From assembly GCA_030704615.1 (NCBI GenBank), contig CM060732.1, positions 12,834,001-12,898,000 of the forward strand: a DNA stretch of 64,000 bases. Reading direction: 5' to 3'. Positions 1 through 11,949 of the stretch are shown here, piece after piece. Position 1 is the first letter of the stretch. Every line of letters begins with the position of its first letter. Under the pieces are notes generated by a model. That model saw nothing but the letters and a program-made list of their open reading frames with translations, did not search any database and had not been told where the DNA came from. The translations under genes were made by a program, and so were the position numbers. The stretch is from Takakia lepidozioides. Its lineage: Eukaryota; Plantae; Bryophyta.

Positions 1-3000
1 TCCCCAGAGGATGCCTGGAATGAAGCCGACCAGACAATCACATCCACATTACAAGAAATGACCAAGAGTGTGTTAGCTACATGCTCGGCTCCCCATGCCC
101 TCCCCCAAACAACGCGATCAACACAAAACGGGGGCTATCTCATCACATCTCAACACATACCACACCATACGTCGCGCACTTGTTGTTATACCTCCCCCCC
201 CCGGCCCCCTTATTTAATAACTGGAGGACGGACCCACGCATCACTTGTTTAAACACCCTTCTCATATGTCAACCAATTATGCCCCCTCCTGCGGACGACC
301 CCTCCCTCCCTCAATGGCTCGCCTCCCTCTCCAAGCTCGGCCGGGAAGCAAAAAGAGCTGCATACCTTATCACTAAACAAAAAGCCTCCGCCAACCACAA
401 AAAATTTGTCACCACCTTTGGCCAACTACTACATGACCACCCTAAACGGGCCCACAAAGCTATCTTCAACCCTGCCATTAACCCGCCCATCGACTGCCTC
501 AAACACAGACTTGGGCACCTACTAACCAAACCTGTCGATATCAACACCGAAATCTGGCTCCAAGCCTCTTCTTCCTATACACCCACTGTAGACAACTGTC
601 TACATCCTAGACATCACTTACCCAACTGCATGTGTAAAGTCAAACATTACCCCTGGCACGATCTTGACGGCTTTTCTCTGGACTCACGTGGCTCCCCCAC
701 GGACCGCCTCCTTGACCTCTTCACAATTGGCCTATATGACTTGTGTGTAAAAGCTCTTCCTAAAGCAAAGGCCCCCGGAGATCTCAACCCTAATGCCATT
801 CTACAGTCACTTGACCCCCAATTTCATGCTCTGCTCTTCAAATTCTTCCGACTCTGCTACCAGCTCCAATGTATCCCACAATCCTAGAAGCATAGCCGAA
901 CCATTCTACTATTTAAAAAAGGCGACCCCACCAACCTCAGTAATTACAGACCCATTGCCCTTGCAAACACTATCTACAAACTATTCACTAGCACCCTTAC
1001 CACGATGCTATCTTCCTATGGCGAACAACACCGTATCCTAAGCGACCCCCAATAAGGCTTCCGCGCAACACGTAGCATCACCAGGCAAATCTAATATATC
1101 TTATCTGCCCTAGAAGACGCTAAACTCACGAAACAAGATATCTACCTCCTCTACATTGACTTTAAGAACGCCTTTGGCTCCATGGACCACCCCTGTCTAC
1201 TCCCCATCATGGCAGACTTGGGTTACCCTATAGATGCCATCCAACTCATCGGGAACATTTACACCAACAGTACCACTGAATACACAGGTTTTACTATGGC
1301 ACCACCTCCCCTATTCCCATCCTTCGTGGTACCATCCAAGGGGACACTCTGAGCCCCTACCTATTCATCATCTTTCTAGAACCTCTCCTACGCTGGTTTG
1401 CCCAAGGCAACTTAGGCTACCACTACAAAACCTCCCCCAATGAAATCTCAGCGGCAGCATATGCGGACAACCTTGCTATTCTCGCACACAAGCCTCAGCA
1501 CCTCAACCGACAGGCGGACAAATTATCCCGCTTTAATCAATGGTCTGGTATGGAACTAAGCCTCAATAAATGTGCGGTCACCGCTGCTACCCACGGCAGT
1601 AAGCTCACAAAATCCACGATAGCTTCCCACTGCATGCTCCATCTACACTATCAACAAAAATCTTTCCCCTTTTTGGGCCCGGATGAACCCACACCTACCT
1701 AGGCATACAATTGGTTCCATCACTAACCTGGCATATACAAAGGAACACCACTCTTTCCAAACTAACCAACAAGAGTTTAGCTCTATTCATTGCCCCCATC
1801 TCCATCCGTCCTAAACTAACTATCATCCAAAGAGTTCTCAACCCTCAAATCCAATACACCTTTCACGCGGCCCCCTTCTCTATACCGGATATCAAACTAC
1901 TCGACGCCAATATTATCCAACTCAAACGCATTTGTGGCCTCCCCACCAGCACCCCTAACATTCTTACCCAACTTCCACATGACAGTATTGGGATTGGTTC
2001 TAGCCCCTTGATCATCTCATATTCCCACACCCTCGGCTCACAACTTATCGAGGCTCCTAACGACCCAGGCCGTCTCGGTCTAATCTTTCAAGGTCTCCTT
2101 AAACACATAGCTATAAATATAATGGCTTATATTCCCTCCCTACCCTCCACCACAATCTTGCCTCCATTCCCCCACCGCCCGTACGCTATTTATCCTACGC
2201 CAATTAAAAATCAGCATTCAAACCGACCTTCCCGGATACCCCAACTCCATATCTCAACTTGAACGGGCATGGCTCAGTAGCCCAGTCTTCACACAATTCA
2301 AAACCAACCACCCCCGTGAAAGGAAACTTGTCCTTGCCTACTTTAAAGCACGCCATATTACCACTCTCACCCAACTCACCACTGCCACGGGGAACCGGCT
2401 ACTTACCCCACACCAATTTACCCTGAAACATTCTCGTGCTACCATCAAAACATGCAGATACCTGCTTCATCTCCGATCTTTATTTTGCCACCAGACCGCC
2501 TCGTGCACCCTCGACTATGACCTACCATGCCCACTCTTCTCCCATCATAAGCAAGACATCCTCCCAAATTTCAGAACAGCCCCAGCCCCCTCCATATTAC
2601 AACAACTCATGACCTCCCATAACACTCCGGACACCCTCTCCCCAACTCCCCCCCCCCCCAGCCCCGTTAATTGCCTTGAGCAACTTTCCCCCTACCCTCT
2701 AAACCCCCCCACCCCCCTCCTTCCCCCTGCCTAGCCAACCCCGACCACCCCAAGGCCTTCATCATTGAAACTATTCTCGGCATCAAGACTCAAACCTCCC
2801 TCGACGTACATGGCGCCACTTGTGTTGACACATATTACCTATGTAAATGGGCGGGTTTCCCTGCATCTGAGAATAGTTGGCAGATCAAAGACGACCTCTT
2901 TGGAACCCATGATGATTGCGACCCTACTCACAACCATCGCCTCCTTATCACCTTCTACAAAACAACTAACACCAATTACTTAACGTACACCCACCAACAT

Positions 3001-5681
3001 CATGTATCTCAAATCCAACCAATAGACACTCGATACATCCGTACCCCCTTGAACGCCCCACATATACATATACATATCTCTGAATGCAACCCCGACAAAG
3101 ATATTGACCAAATCTCCCCCATTATCTGCCCTAGGCGTCGGGCATCCCATATCTACACACTTAACGGTCACTTCACCGGCTCCATCTCCAATGTCAGGCT
3201 TGCCTGGCTCTGGGACAGATATGACGCCTCCTCAACTGACGCCACCTCCCTACAGCCCCCAAAACAAGACTTTGCCACTGAGGTCTGCTGGCTTGTTGAC
3301 CAATATTTACGCAATACCCCCACCAAAAAACCCCACACCCCCGACAAACTAACTCAAGCATATACCCATAGCACTATACCCTCTGACATCCTCAAATTCC
3401 TCATCTCTACATTCTAGCTTACCCACTCCTACTACTCCAGCCCACTTACATGCCCCCTTGAGCTTTCTTCTTACGCCAGCCCGCACCCCCGAGACTGTGT
3501 ATTCGGAGCCTTCGGCCCCGCTACCCGACACTCTTGGTCAGGAGGTGGCCTTGCGCACCCACCTCCCGGGCCCCTCACGCATGAAGCTCTTCTATGGGCG
3601 CGCCTCACCGCCCACTCCTCTTCCTCCGCCTCCACTATTCTCATTCTTACACAACAAAACTCACCTGACCTCCAACACCCCCTTCTACAACTTCCCCCAG
3701 AAGTGATACCATTAGCCGTTAATGAACCCAACCATCTTCACTACACAGACAACCCACCTTTCCCAAAATACCTCCGCCACAAAGAAACTACTCTGACCCT
3801 AATTCTCCTTGTCCAAGCTACCTCATGCCCCCCCGTACCCATCGATTTCCCCGTGCATCTCACTCGTCTACTTTCCGATACCCATAACATGTTACTCACC
3901 CCATACTCACCTCCTCCAACATGCAACCCTACCGCTAGACCACCCACTAAGCTAAAAGCATGGACCTTAGCGCCCCCCCCCCGCCCTAGCCCCACTCATA
4001 CTATCTCCCACAACGCCCCCCCGGTTCATCTTGGGCCCACTTCCCCTAAATACCCCCCCCCTCCATTCCCATTACACAGACGGCTCCCAATCTGGCTCCC
4101 GCGCCGGATATGGCGTCTACCATGCCGCTACTAACAAGGGAATCGCTCATCGCCTCCCAGGCCCTGCGACCATACTCCGCGCCGAACTTATGGCCATTTT
4201 TTGAAGCTCTGTCACAACTAACCTCGTTCCCACCCCCATACTACCTCTTCACGGATAGCCTAAATTCTCTCTTTATTCTTCGCAACCACTTGGCTTGTCC
4301 CTCCTTCCACCTCCACCACCCCGACCGAAACCTTATCACCGCCATTATCAACCTAGCCATCTCCATCAATCAACCTCTTCATTTTCTCAAAGTTTGTTCA
4401 CACACAGGTATCCACGGCAACGAGGAGGCTGACCTCCTCACCCAACTGGGTGCCTCCCAACCTCCAGTTGAACCCTCAGATGACCCCATACACATCGCTC
4501 ATACTCATCCCTTCTGGCTAATACACCCAATCCCTGGCCCCCCAGAGTCCAGACCCATCCGAAATCTCCTGACTTCCCTGCTTAAAGAAGCCAATAAAGA
4601 GGCCTCTACCTCTCTCAGCCATACCAAACTTCATATCCAAAAATGGACCCTCTTCGATGTACTCCACCACAAACTCTCCAACCACTTTTGGCACACCAAA
4701 GCTGCATTAGACGCACAAATACGACAAACCCTTAAATTTCGATATGCCCAGTACATGGGCCCACCAACGCAAACACACCTTCTGGCCAACCGTATACCCC
4801 TCACCAAACTGCCCTCTGTGCTCCTACATCCATGCCACACGTGATACCTGGCTCCACCTTCTTAGTGAATGCCCCCACCCAGTCATTCACGGGCTTTGTA
4901 TTGCACGATACAATCACGCCGTATGGCACATCCACAAACTCCTACAACGACGTAATAAAACTCGATGGTTCTCACTTATCAATGCGGGCACCTACCAAGG
5001 TCGGCCCCCAGACCATATGGTACCTACGTGGCTTCTCCCATGTATATGCCGCCCTCACACATCATGCACATGCCCTTCCCGCCTCTGTCCGGATATCTTT
5101 GTCGTCTAGGGGCTCCCCATCAACGTCCCACCACCCTCTGCCCCGTCCCCCGCTATTACCATACACTTCTTAGAATTCACATTCTGCCATGACCGCTACC
5201 CCAGCTCCTCCATCCTAGAGAAACGCCAAAAATATGCACCACTTATTCTTGCTATTCGCCGGAGGGGTTGGACCCCTCACTGTCATCATTGCCGGCACCA
5301 GAGGGGGCATCCACAATGCCAACATCTCTGAACTTCACAATAACTTTAAACTCCCCATCATTTCTATCCATAAATGCTTCAAAGCCATACACCTCACGGC
5401 CCTCTACTCTCTCACTGCTATCATCACCAACAAACGATAGCTCGAATCAAACATGGCTCATGCCTCATAGATACATATAGTTGGTTACCTGACGAGCACC
5501 CTTGGGGTGCCCCTCACGGGCCCCCATTGGGTGCCATGCGGTACCGCCTCTACCGGATGCCACCCCCCCATACTGGTTACTTGGTGTCCCCTGGACACCG
5601 GTTTTACATAGGGCCCACCCCTAAAAAGGGGCAGTAGCCGCAAGGCGAAGTGGCTCTTAGTTACGCCGGCCACGGCCGGAG

Positions 5682-5683
<2 letters not shown>
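1..5683 (+). mobile_element. Degenerate non-LTR retrotransposon (LINE, Dualen/RandI-like) copy 1, 5' end outside the window; RT, chromodomain, PCIF1-like MTase, RNase H, Zn knuckle, RLE endonuclease
   Basis: RT motifs across frameshifts and stops: KAPG, LFKKGDPTNLSNYRPIALANTIYKLF (~910-990), YIDFKNAFGS (~1150), GTIQGDTLSPYLF (~1330), YADNL (~1460). RNase H motifs YTDGS (~4073), FTDSLNS and HTGIHGNEEAD. C-terminal CPLC..HLLSEC, ARYNHAV, PDI and LEFTFCHD..EKRQKY. Ends in a (TC)n tail. Confidence 0.9.

Positions 5684-5684
<1 letters not shown>

Positions 5685-5724
<40 letters not shown>
5685..5724 (+). repeat. (TC)20 microsatellite, 3' tail of LINE copy 1
   Basis: Perfect TC dinucleotide run directly after the conserved LINE 3' terminus (copy 2 ends in TCTTCTCT). 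Confidence 0.9.
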
Positions 5725-5727
<3 letters not shown>

Positions 5728-6145
5728 GAAAACCAGATGCTCTTTCTCGACGATCGTATCTTGCGCCAAAAGAAGAGGACGCAATTTTCGACCAACAGAA
5801 ATCCATCATCTTGAAACCTGCAAATCTCGAATTGAATATTCTATCCATGTTCACCTATGACGATGCAGAGATCATAAAGGAGATTCAAGAAGCACTGAAG
5901 AGCGACCAATTTGCTAAAACACTATGAAGTCAACTGAATCAACCTCAAAACCACCAACATGTTACAAATGATTTCGAATTCAAAGATGGTTACTTTACTT
6001 CAAGGGACTTCTCTATGTACCTCCAGACCTATACAACTTTGAATTCTTCAAACAGGTCACGATCTTCCGGCTGCAGGACATTTCGACTTCAACAATACAA
6101 TGGAATTGATATCTAGGGACTATTGATGGCCGCAGATGTGGAAAC
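5725..6145 (+). mobile_element. Ty3/gypsy chromovirus pol fragment (end of RNase H, start of integrase Zn-binding domain)
   Basis: Translates to GKPDALSRR...DGLLYFKGLLYVP...HDLPAAGHF..SRDY*WPQMWK. Continues in frame at 18083 (LVKEFIKSCDTCAR) once the MULE and one TSD copy are removed. Confidence 0.88.
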
Positions 6146-6383
6146 GGGGGTTGCTATTCCATGAGCTCATGAGCGGGCATGGCTCACCCATGAGCCGCAA
6201 AGTAACTCACTTCGAATTTCGGCAGATTTTTTTCGGGCCAAAAACTATAAAATAATCGAAAATCGAAGATTTCCGCGCTCATGCTGGAAGCACTCCGCTC
6301 ATGAGTACCAGTGTACGCTCATGACTTGGAGCCCAGGCTCATGGACCGCCAGGCCAGGTCATAGAAAAACTGAATTCTGGGCA

Positions 6384-6850
6384 ATAACGGCACCGAAATT
6401 ATCCCAGAGGCAGAGACGCAAGCGGAATTAGGATCCGGGTTTGCAGACTCCGAAAACGCAATGGCGACCTATAACCGTGGATAGTACTATTGCAGAAGTG
6501 CAGGATGGTTGGGTATAACGGCGCCGTAATTGGGCACAGGAAAAGAAATAGCCGGCTGAAGGCTCGGGAGTGAAGCCAACAACGGTGAAAGTAATTGGGT
6601 TCCGCCAACCAAATACCCGGCTACATCCTCCGGAGTGCAGGCGATAACGGCGCCGAAATGGGCCCTGGAAACCAAATACTCAGCTGAAGCCACCGGAGTG
6701 CAACCGATAACGGCGCCGAAATTGGGTCCGGAAACCAAATACCCGGCTGAAGGCTGGGGATTGCAAGCAATAACGGCGCTAAAATTGACATGCGAAACAA
6801 AATTCTCGGCTGAAGCTTCCGCACTCCATCTAATAACGGCGCCGAAATTG
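6384..6850. repeat. Left subterminal array of ATAACGGCGCCGAAATT motifs (~63-bp period)
   Basis: Motif cores at 6389, 6520, 6584 (degenerate), 6649, 6712, 6775 and 6838. Confidence 0.85.
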
Positions 6851-6970
6851 GGCTTCGGAGAGCAAATACCCGCCTTACGGTGAGGGAGGCCTTGCTCTCA
6901 TTTTGCTCGTCACTCTTCTCTGTTGTGCCCATCTCCTCCCTGCTTTGAGTTCGTGCTGTGTCGTGATGCC

Positions 6971-7522
6971 ATGTCGTGCCCGAATCACATCTATCGACGC
7001 CAGACGGGAGTCATTTTCCCGAAAGCAGACGACATCATTGTCTTCCTGGATGTTTACAGGGACGATCCTCGACTTGTCCAGCTGAGAGCAATGGAGTTTC
7101 TTCCAGGATTGCACGATTCTCCTGGACCCCGGCTGGGGAGCAGGTGGTTCCTACGCATCATGGACCTGGACTTTCCGCATGTGTGGGAGCCGAACAGATC
7201 ACGCACAACGTTGCTGTATCGCTGGAATTGTTGCGAGTGGACGTATGATGAGTGCATAGGTAAAAACTTGACGCGTGGACGGACTGGCTCGGAAAGTGGG
7301 GACATTCTCTTTAGTTATGAGGATGAGGAGGAGGGGAACACAGGGCCCACTATGAAAATGTCCTTCTACCAAGGGGGCGCTATCGATAAACACGACATCC
7401 TCGTTAGTTTCAACCGGGCGACAGAAACCACTGACATTTTGTTCAAATATAGGCACCCGGTCACTGAGGAGGTCCTTGAGAGGCCAGTTAGAGTTCCTTC
7501 TTCTTGGGCGAGGGGACCATAG
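6971..7522 (+). CDS. Orphan ORF inside the MULE (~183 aa from ATG 6971), function unknown
   Basis: Uninterrupted ORF (track 6923-7522) with globular-looking, beta-strand-like composition. No motif recognised. Confidence 0.45.
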   Translation: MSCPNHIYRRQTGVIFPKADDIIVFLDVYRDDPRLVQLRAMEFLPGLHDSPGPRLGSRWFLRIMDLDFPHVWEPNRSRTTLLYRWNCCEWTYDECIGKNLTRGRTGSESGDILFSYEDEEEGNTGPTMKMSFYQGGAIDKHDILVSFNRATETTDILFKYRHPVTEEVLERPVRVPSSWARGP

Positions 7523-8180
7523 GTCTTGCATGCTAGAGTAGACATGTTTCAACTCGCTGACACTCATGGCACATACATTTTCATTCAGAAATCAAGCAGG
7601 GAATATACATGCTTGGATAATCTTCTGTTAAGGTTTTTTGCAATTCACTGCCAATATGCTGGGACGTGTCCTTTGTCGTATGGATTGCTGTTTGCACAAG
7701 GTGCAATATGCAAATGCTGGAATGTGCAGTAGGACCCTTCCCACTGGGACACAGAACTAGCAATCTTGTAAATGCATCACATTTGTAAGAATGTATTTGT
7801 AGCAAATTGGAGTCTTCTCATAAAGGTGGACGAAAACGCCAGGATGGGCTGCGAAATCACTACAAATTGAATGAAGAGCAGTAACAAGGAAGCACTATGC
7901 AGTACACAGACCATAAACGGCGCTGAAATAGGCCTCAATGCCCGTTAATCTCCACTTAATGTATGCTTTACTCGGATCCATTTGTAGACAACCAAAATAA
8001 AAAAAAGCATGCGCATGCCATTCATGGCCAAAAACCATATTCTCATGTATTGCTGCACCAAAATTCACCTATAGCCATGGCGATGCGGCACCACCAAGTG
8101 TATAATTCCTCACAAAAAAATAGGGTGCAAGAAGATGAATGTAATATAATTGCCACTTTCTCCTTCCCGAATGTGGAATG

Positions 8181-11100
8181 TCAAGCAGTCCGACCAGTAT
8201 CCTGCCGTAGGGCCTTGTGCAGCTCGTTGAAACTCAGTGTTGGAGCATGGATGAAGACGTCCACTGCGGATATGCAACTCATGCGCTTCATAAAAATGTA
8301 ATAAAGGTGTTTGCAGGGGACGTATGCTGCATTCTTCGATTCCATAACAAGGAAGTCCTCACAGTTGCAAGCTGGGTACTGTGAAACCGTGATTGCATAC
8401 ACGACACTGCGCGCAGCAGACCCGGCTGTTGACAACTGAAATATGCGCCCCATCCCGGGGTGAGGAACATCCCTGCAACCTTGCACTATGCAGGGCATTG
8501 CAAGAGCGTTGGCCATCCTGGTGTCGTTCGCCTTTGTTGGTGGCCGCCGTCTTTTCAGTTTCCCCCACCGATGGGTGGGCCAAGCTGCGGGGTCACCCAC
8601 CGGTATGCGGGGCGAAGAGCTTCTCGTGGGAGGAGGATGACGATTGGGAATTGGATTTCGTGGAACGTCTGTCCTCTCCACCAGTCGAAACCCTGCACTT
8701 CCTAGAGCGTCTGCCTCCTCCAGGGTAAGATCTGTACCAGTTGCCACAGGCCAGACTGCCGGTGGTTCAGGCATGCCTTGTACACCATACTTGGGCTTGC
8801 CGAACACACACGACATGATGTCGTGCCTGCAGAACCAAAACTCCTTCAGTGTGGCCTCCACAAACTTTGCGCACACAAATCTCCCTGTGAAGCAAGGGGC
8901 AGGCACACCGCCCTGCGGGCTCCTCCGAATCATCTCATTGCATCTCTGGTTGGTGTCGACACGAACAGCACAACATTTGCCACGAAATGTCGGACGGGTC
9001 CGTGCAATTCTCCACTGCGAGGCCGACACATCTCGCTCCACGATTGGAATGCTGTATTGGGTAACAAAAACAGGAGCAACATGCTCATCCTCGGCATGTT
9101 GTCCCGAGTCTGGCAGCGATTCCATGGATGCTGCACAAGAGGGGGTACGAGTCCTGCTTCGTGGAGGCGTGGGACGCAACATCGTTGCGCCCCGAGGTTG
9201 AGTGCGGATGTTCATATCTGATCTCCATGAATCCCCATCCCCTCCGGGCATGTCCTCAATTCTTCTCTTCACCGGCCGGCTGCGGACATCGCCCTCCAGG
9301 CAGTTCCCCCGACTGTGTAACGGCGTTGACCTTATTGTTTCCCGCAATGCAGCAGTCCATTTTTTGGGATCGGTCGAACGATGCGCCGCCCTCATCAGCA
9401 TCTCCTGCCTGTCTGGTCCGATACCCCATTGCTTTCCTCCCAGAAACTGGTAGTAATGAGATTGTTGCATGATGGCCCTCACAATATCTTCTGTTGTTGC
9501 TGTCAACATGTCAACGAGATGTGCCACAGAGGAAGCACGCCAGGAAGAGATGTTCATCGTCGGCATATCCGTGTCATCCTCCAAGCTCATGTCCTGTTGA
9601 AGGAAATTAGAAATGTCACTGATTGTGGAGAATGTCCAAGCACAAAACAGAACAATTGTCAAGTACAGAAATGTGTTACCTGTCTCATGTAGTCTCCAAA
9701 CTGGCGGAATCTATAGTGCCACCACGCAAGCCACGTTTGCAGTTCTGGCTGATCTTTCACATCCACTGCCCCTGAAGACACCCACCAGGCGCGTATGGTT
9801 GCAAACTCGGTCTCCGCCTCGTCGATGAAATTCGCATTTTTCCACGCTAGGCACATACTGATATGATCCTGCCGGTGGCGTGACGCCACGAACCTTTTCG
9901 TGTTTTGCGTCAAACTCTGCATGAAGTGGAACCCGCAAGATCTCTCCTTTCCTTCCATTGGAGTCTTTGGGTCGTCCCCATATACCCTCCTAACTGCAGC
10001 CCAGTTCGCCTGGGCATTGTCAGCCATGAAGCCCCTAAAATCGGGAGGGGGCAACTTGGCTCTCGCCATTTGCTCATTAATTCCGCGCCACATATGCAAC
10101 TCCGAATCTGTGTCTTCTCCCTTCATTTCGCAGATAGCAATGGTCATCAACTTTCTGCAATGTGGGTCGTATACATGTGCCCCCATTGTCACCCAATCGT
10201 GGTTGGTAATTCGCCGGATGTGGTCGAACATGACCCAACAATTTGAGAGGTCTCCACTGGTCATCCGCTTCACCAAATCGACGCCGCTCCCCGGTCCGCA
10301 CGTTGACATCTTAAATATGAAGCACCTGTCCGTCTCCGAGCCTTGACCAGGAAAGAAGCTGCCTTGGATGAAGTCGTAGCCGCATGTGCGCTTCACTTCC
10401 AAGATGGAGTGCATGTCTGATCCTCTTCCGATTCGTTTCTTGCAGCCGACAATGTGGTTCCTGACATTGGGGCTGCACACATGGGAGACAGCTTCCAACA
10501 GGTCCTTCATGTCCCCCTCGCCCAGCTTCTCTCTTGTGCTTCCGTCCTCCGACATTATTCTGCTAATTGCAATCCTATGTGCCGATGCGAGCTGTATCTG
10601 CTTTGGTTTTGCACCCGACCTCAACCTCACCTCCTCCTTGATAATATCCTGGGCTTGTTGAAAAGCGACTCTGCAATTGCCTCTGGCGAGGGGGTGCTCA
10701 TGCTTTCCGATGTGAATGCATGCTCTGGTGCACGTTTGGCCGACGGTCCCGACGTAGTACTGCTTGGCGTTGCACACTGCCATGCACGTAGGGGCTGCGT
10801 TGCAATGGGCACACTTGAACGTCCCTGCAGGAACTCTACCTTGAGGCCAAAATGGGGTCGACGAATTGCCAATCCAGTCAGTCTCATTCCTGGTGCCTTT
10901 GCTAGTGTAATGGTAACATGTGCTCGAGAAACATTTAAGATGCCCAGCACACAATACATATCTCACTCGAACTCCATCACCCAGGTTGGACGATGAAGTT
11001 TTGGTGACACACCAAGGGTGGCCGTCATGTTTCCTGTTCATTCCTGCGAGCATGCCGTCTAGGCCTGCGCCTGCCGGCACTGGAGGGAATTCGTAGATAG

Positions 11101-11764
11101 CATTCCCATCCACAACATCAGGCAAAGTTTCCACAGAATGGATTGGAGTTTTCGCGTAATCAAGCCTAAGAAGGTCACTGGAGCGGGAACCCGTTGTCTT
11201 CATCCTCCGCAATATGTCGATTATTGAGCAGACGGAAGTTGAGTCGGACGGTGTATGCTGCACATTCCTAGTGACGGACGACTTCGAAACATACGATGGA
11301 AGGACCATACAGTCTTCATCGTCACTGGATAAGTCGTGGACGACTGTTTCCCTGTTTTCCTGGATTTCCCTTTTCACATGTTTGGGCTTCTCTGCTTGTG
11401 AAGAGGTGCCCACATCCTTCACATCTTGCATGCCAGACCCTCTTGTGGAAGTAGGATCAACCAAGTTCCAGCGTGGGAACTCTTTAGGCACGATTTCACC
11501 AATGGCACTGTACCGGATGGATTCAGAAGCTGGGAGCCGCCACTCTTTGCCTTTTCCGAAATCTGCATGCAGAATGACGGCACTTTCCAGAAAATTTCCA
11601 TAAGCATCCTTCGTCTCCTCTTCCAAAAACACCGTTCCAGGGCGGAGCCCGAACTTCACACACAAGTACTGCTCAGTGACAATCGCAAATCCTTGGTCGC
11701 AGGGTATTTTAGCTTTCAGAGAATCAGGATGGAAGTACACGTTTACCCAAACACGGGAGTCCAT
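8181..11764 (-). CDS. MULE-type DDE transposase, 2 exons (11764-9680, 9593-8181; ~1165 aa), with N-terminal GCM/WRKY-like Zn finger and C-terminal SWIM finger
   Basis: Motifs CAGHLKC..C / CAHC..C..C..IHIGKHEHP, WVMFDH (D1), FMADNAQA (D2), CGFH (CxxH) and SWIM PACNCEDF...PCKHLYY. An 86-bp GT-AG phase-0 intron at 9679-9594 joins ORFs 9659-11869 and 8181-9662. Confidence 0.85.
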
Positions 11765-11949
11765 TTTGAAGACGGGACCTCTCGGTACGCTCCGCAGCGA
11801 AGTCCTGCAATGAGAAGAGTGTGTCCTACCTAATAACACAAATGATTTTCTGGAGGATTCCGTATCCAACAGGATGGGTGATCAGTGCACGTAAAGATGA
11901 AGGTGTGTAACGTACGTTACAAAAACGGACGACAACAGCAAGTTCATAT

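Noticed and set aside
5610-5660. Hammerhead or group II intron ribozyme at the LINE 3' end
   Set aside because: No CUGANGA/GAAA core and no domain V consensus; kept only as a structured 3' UTR.
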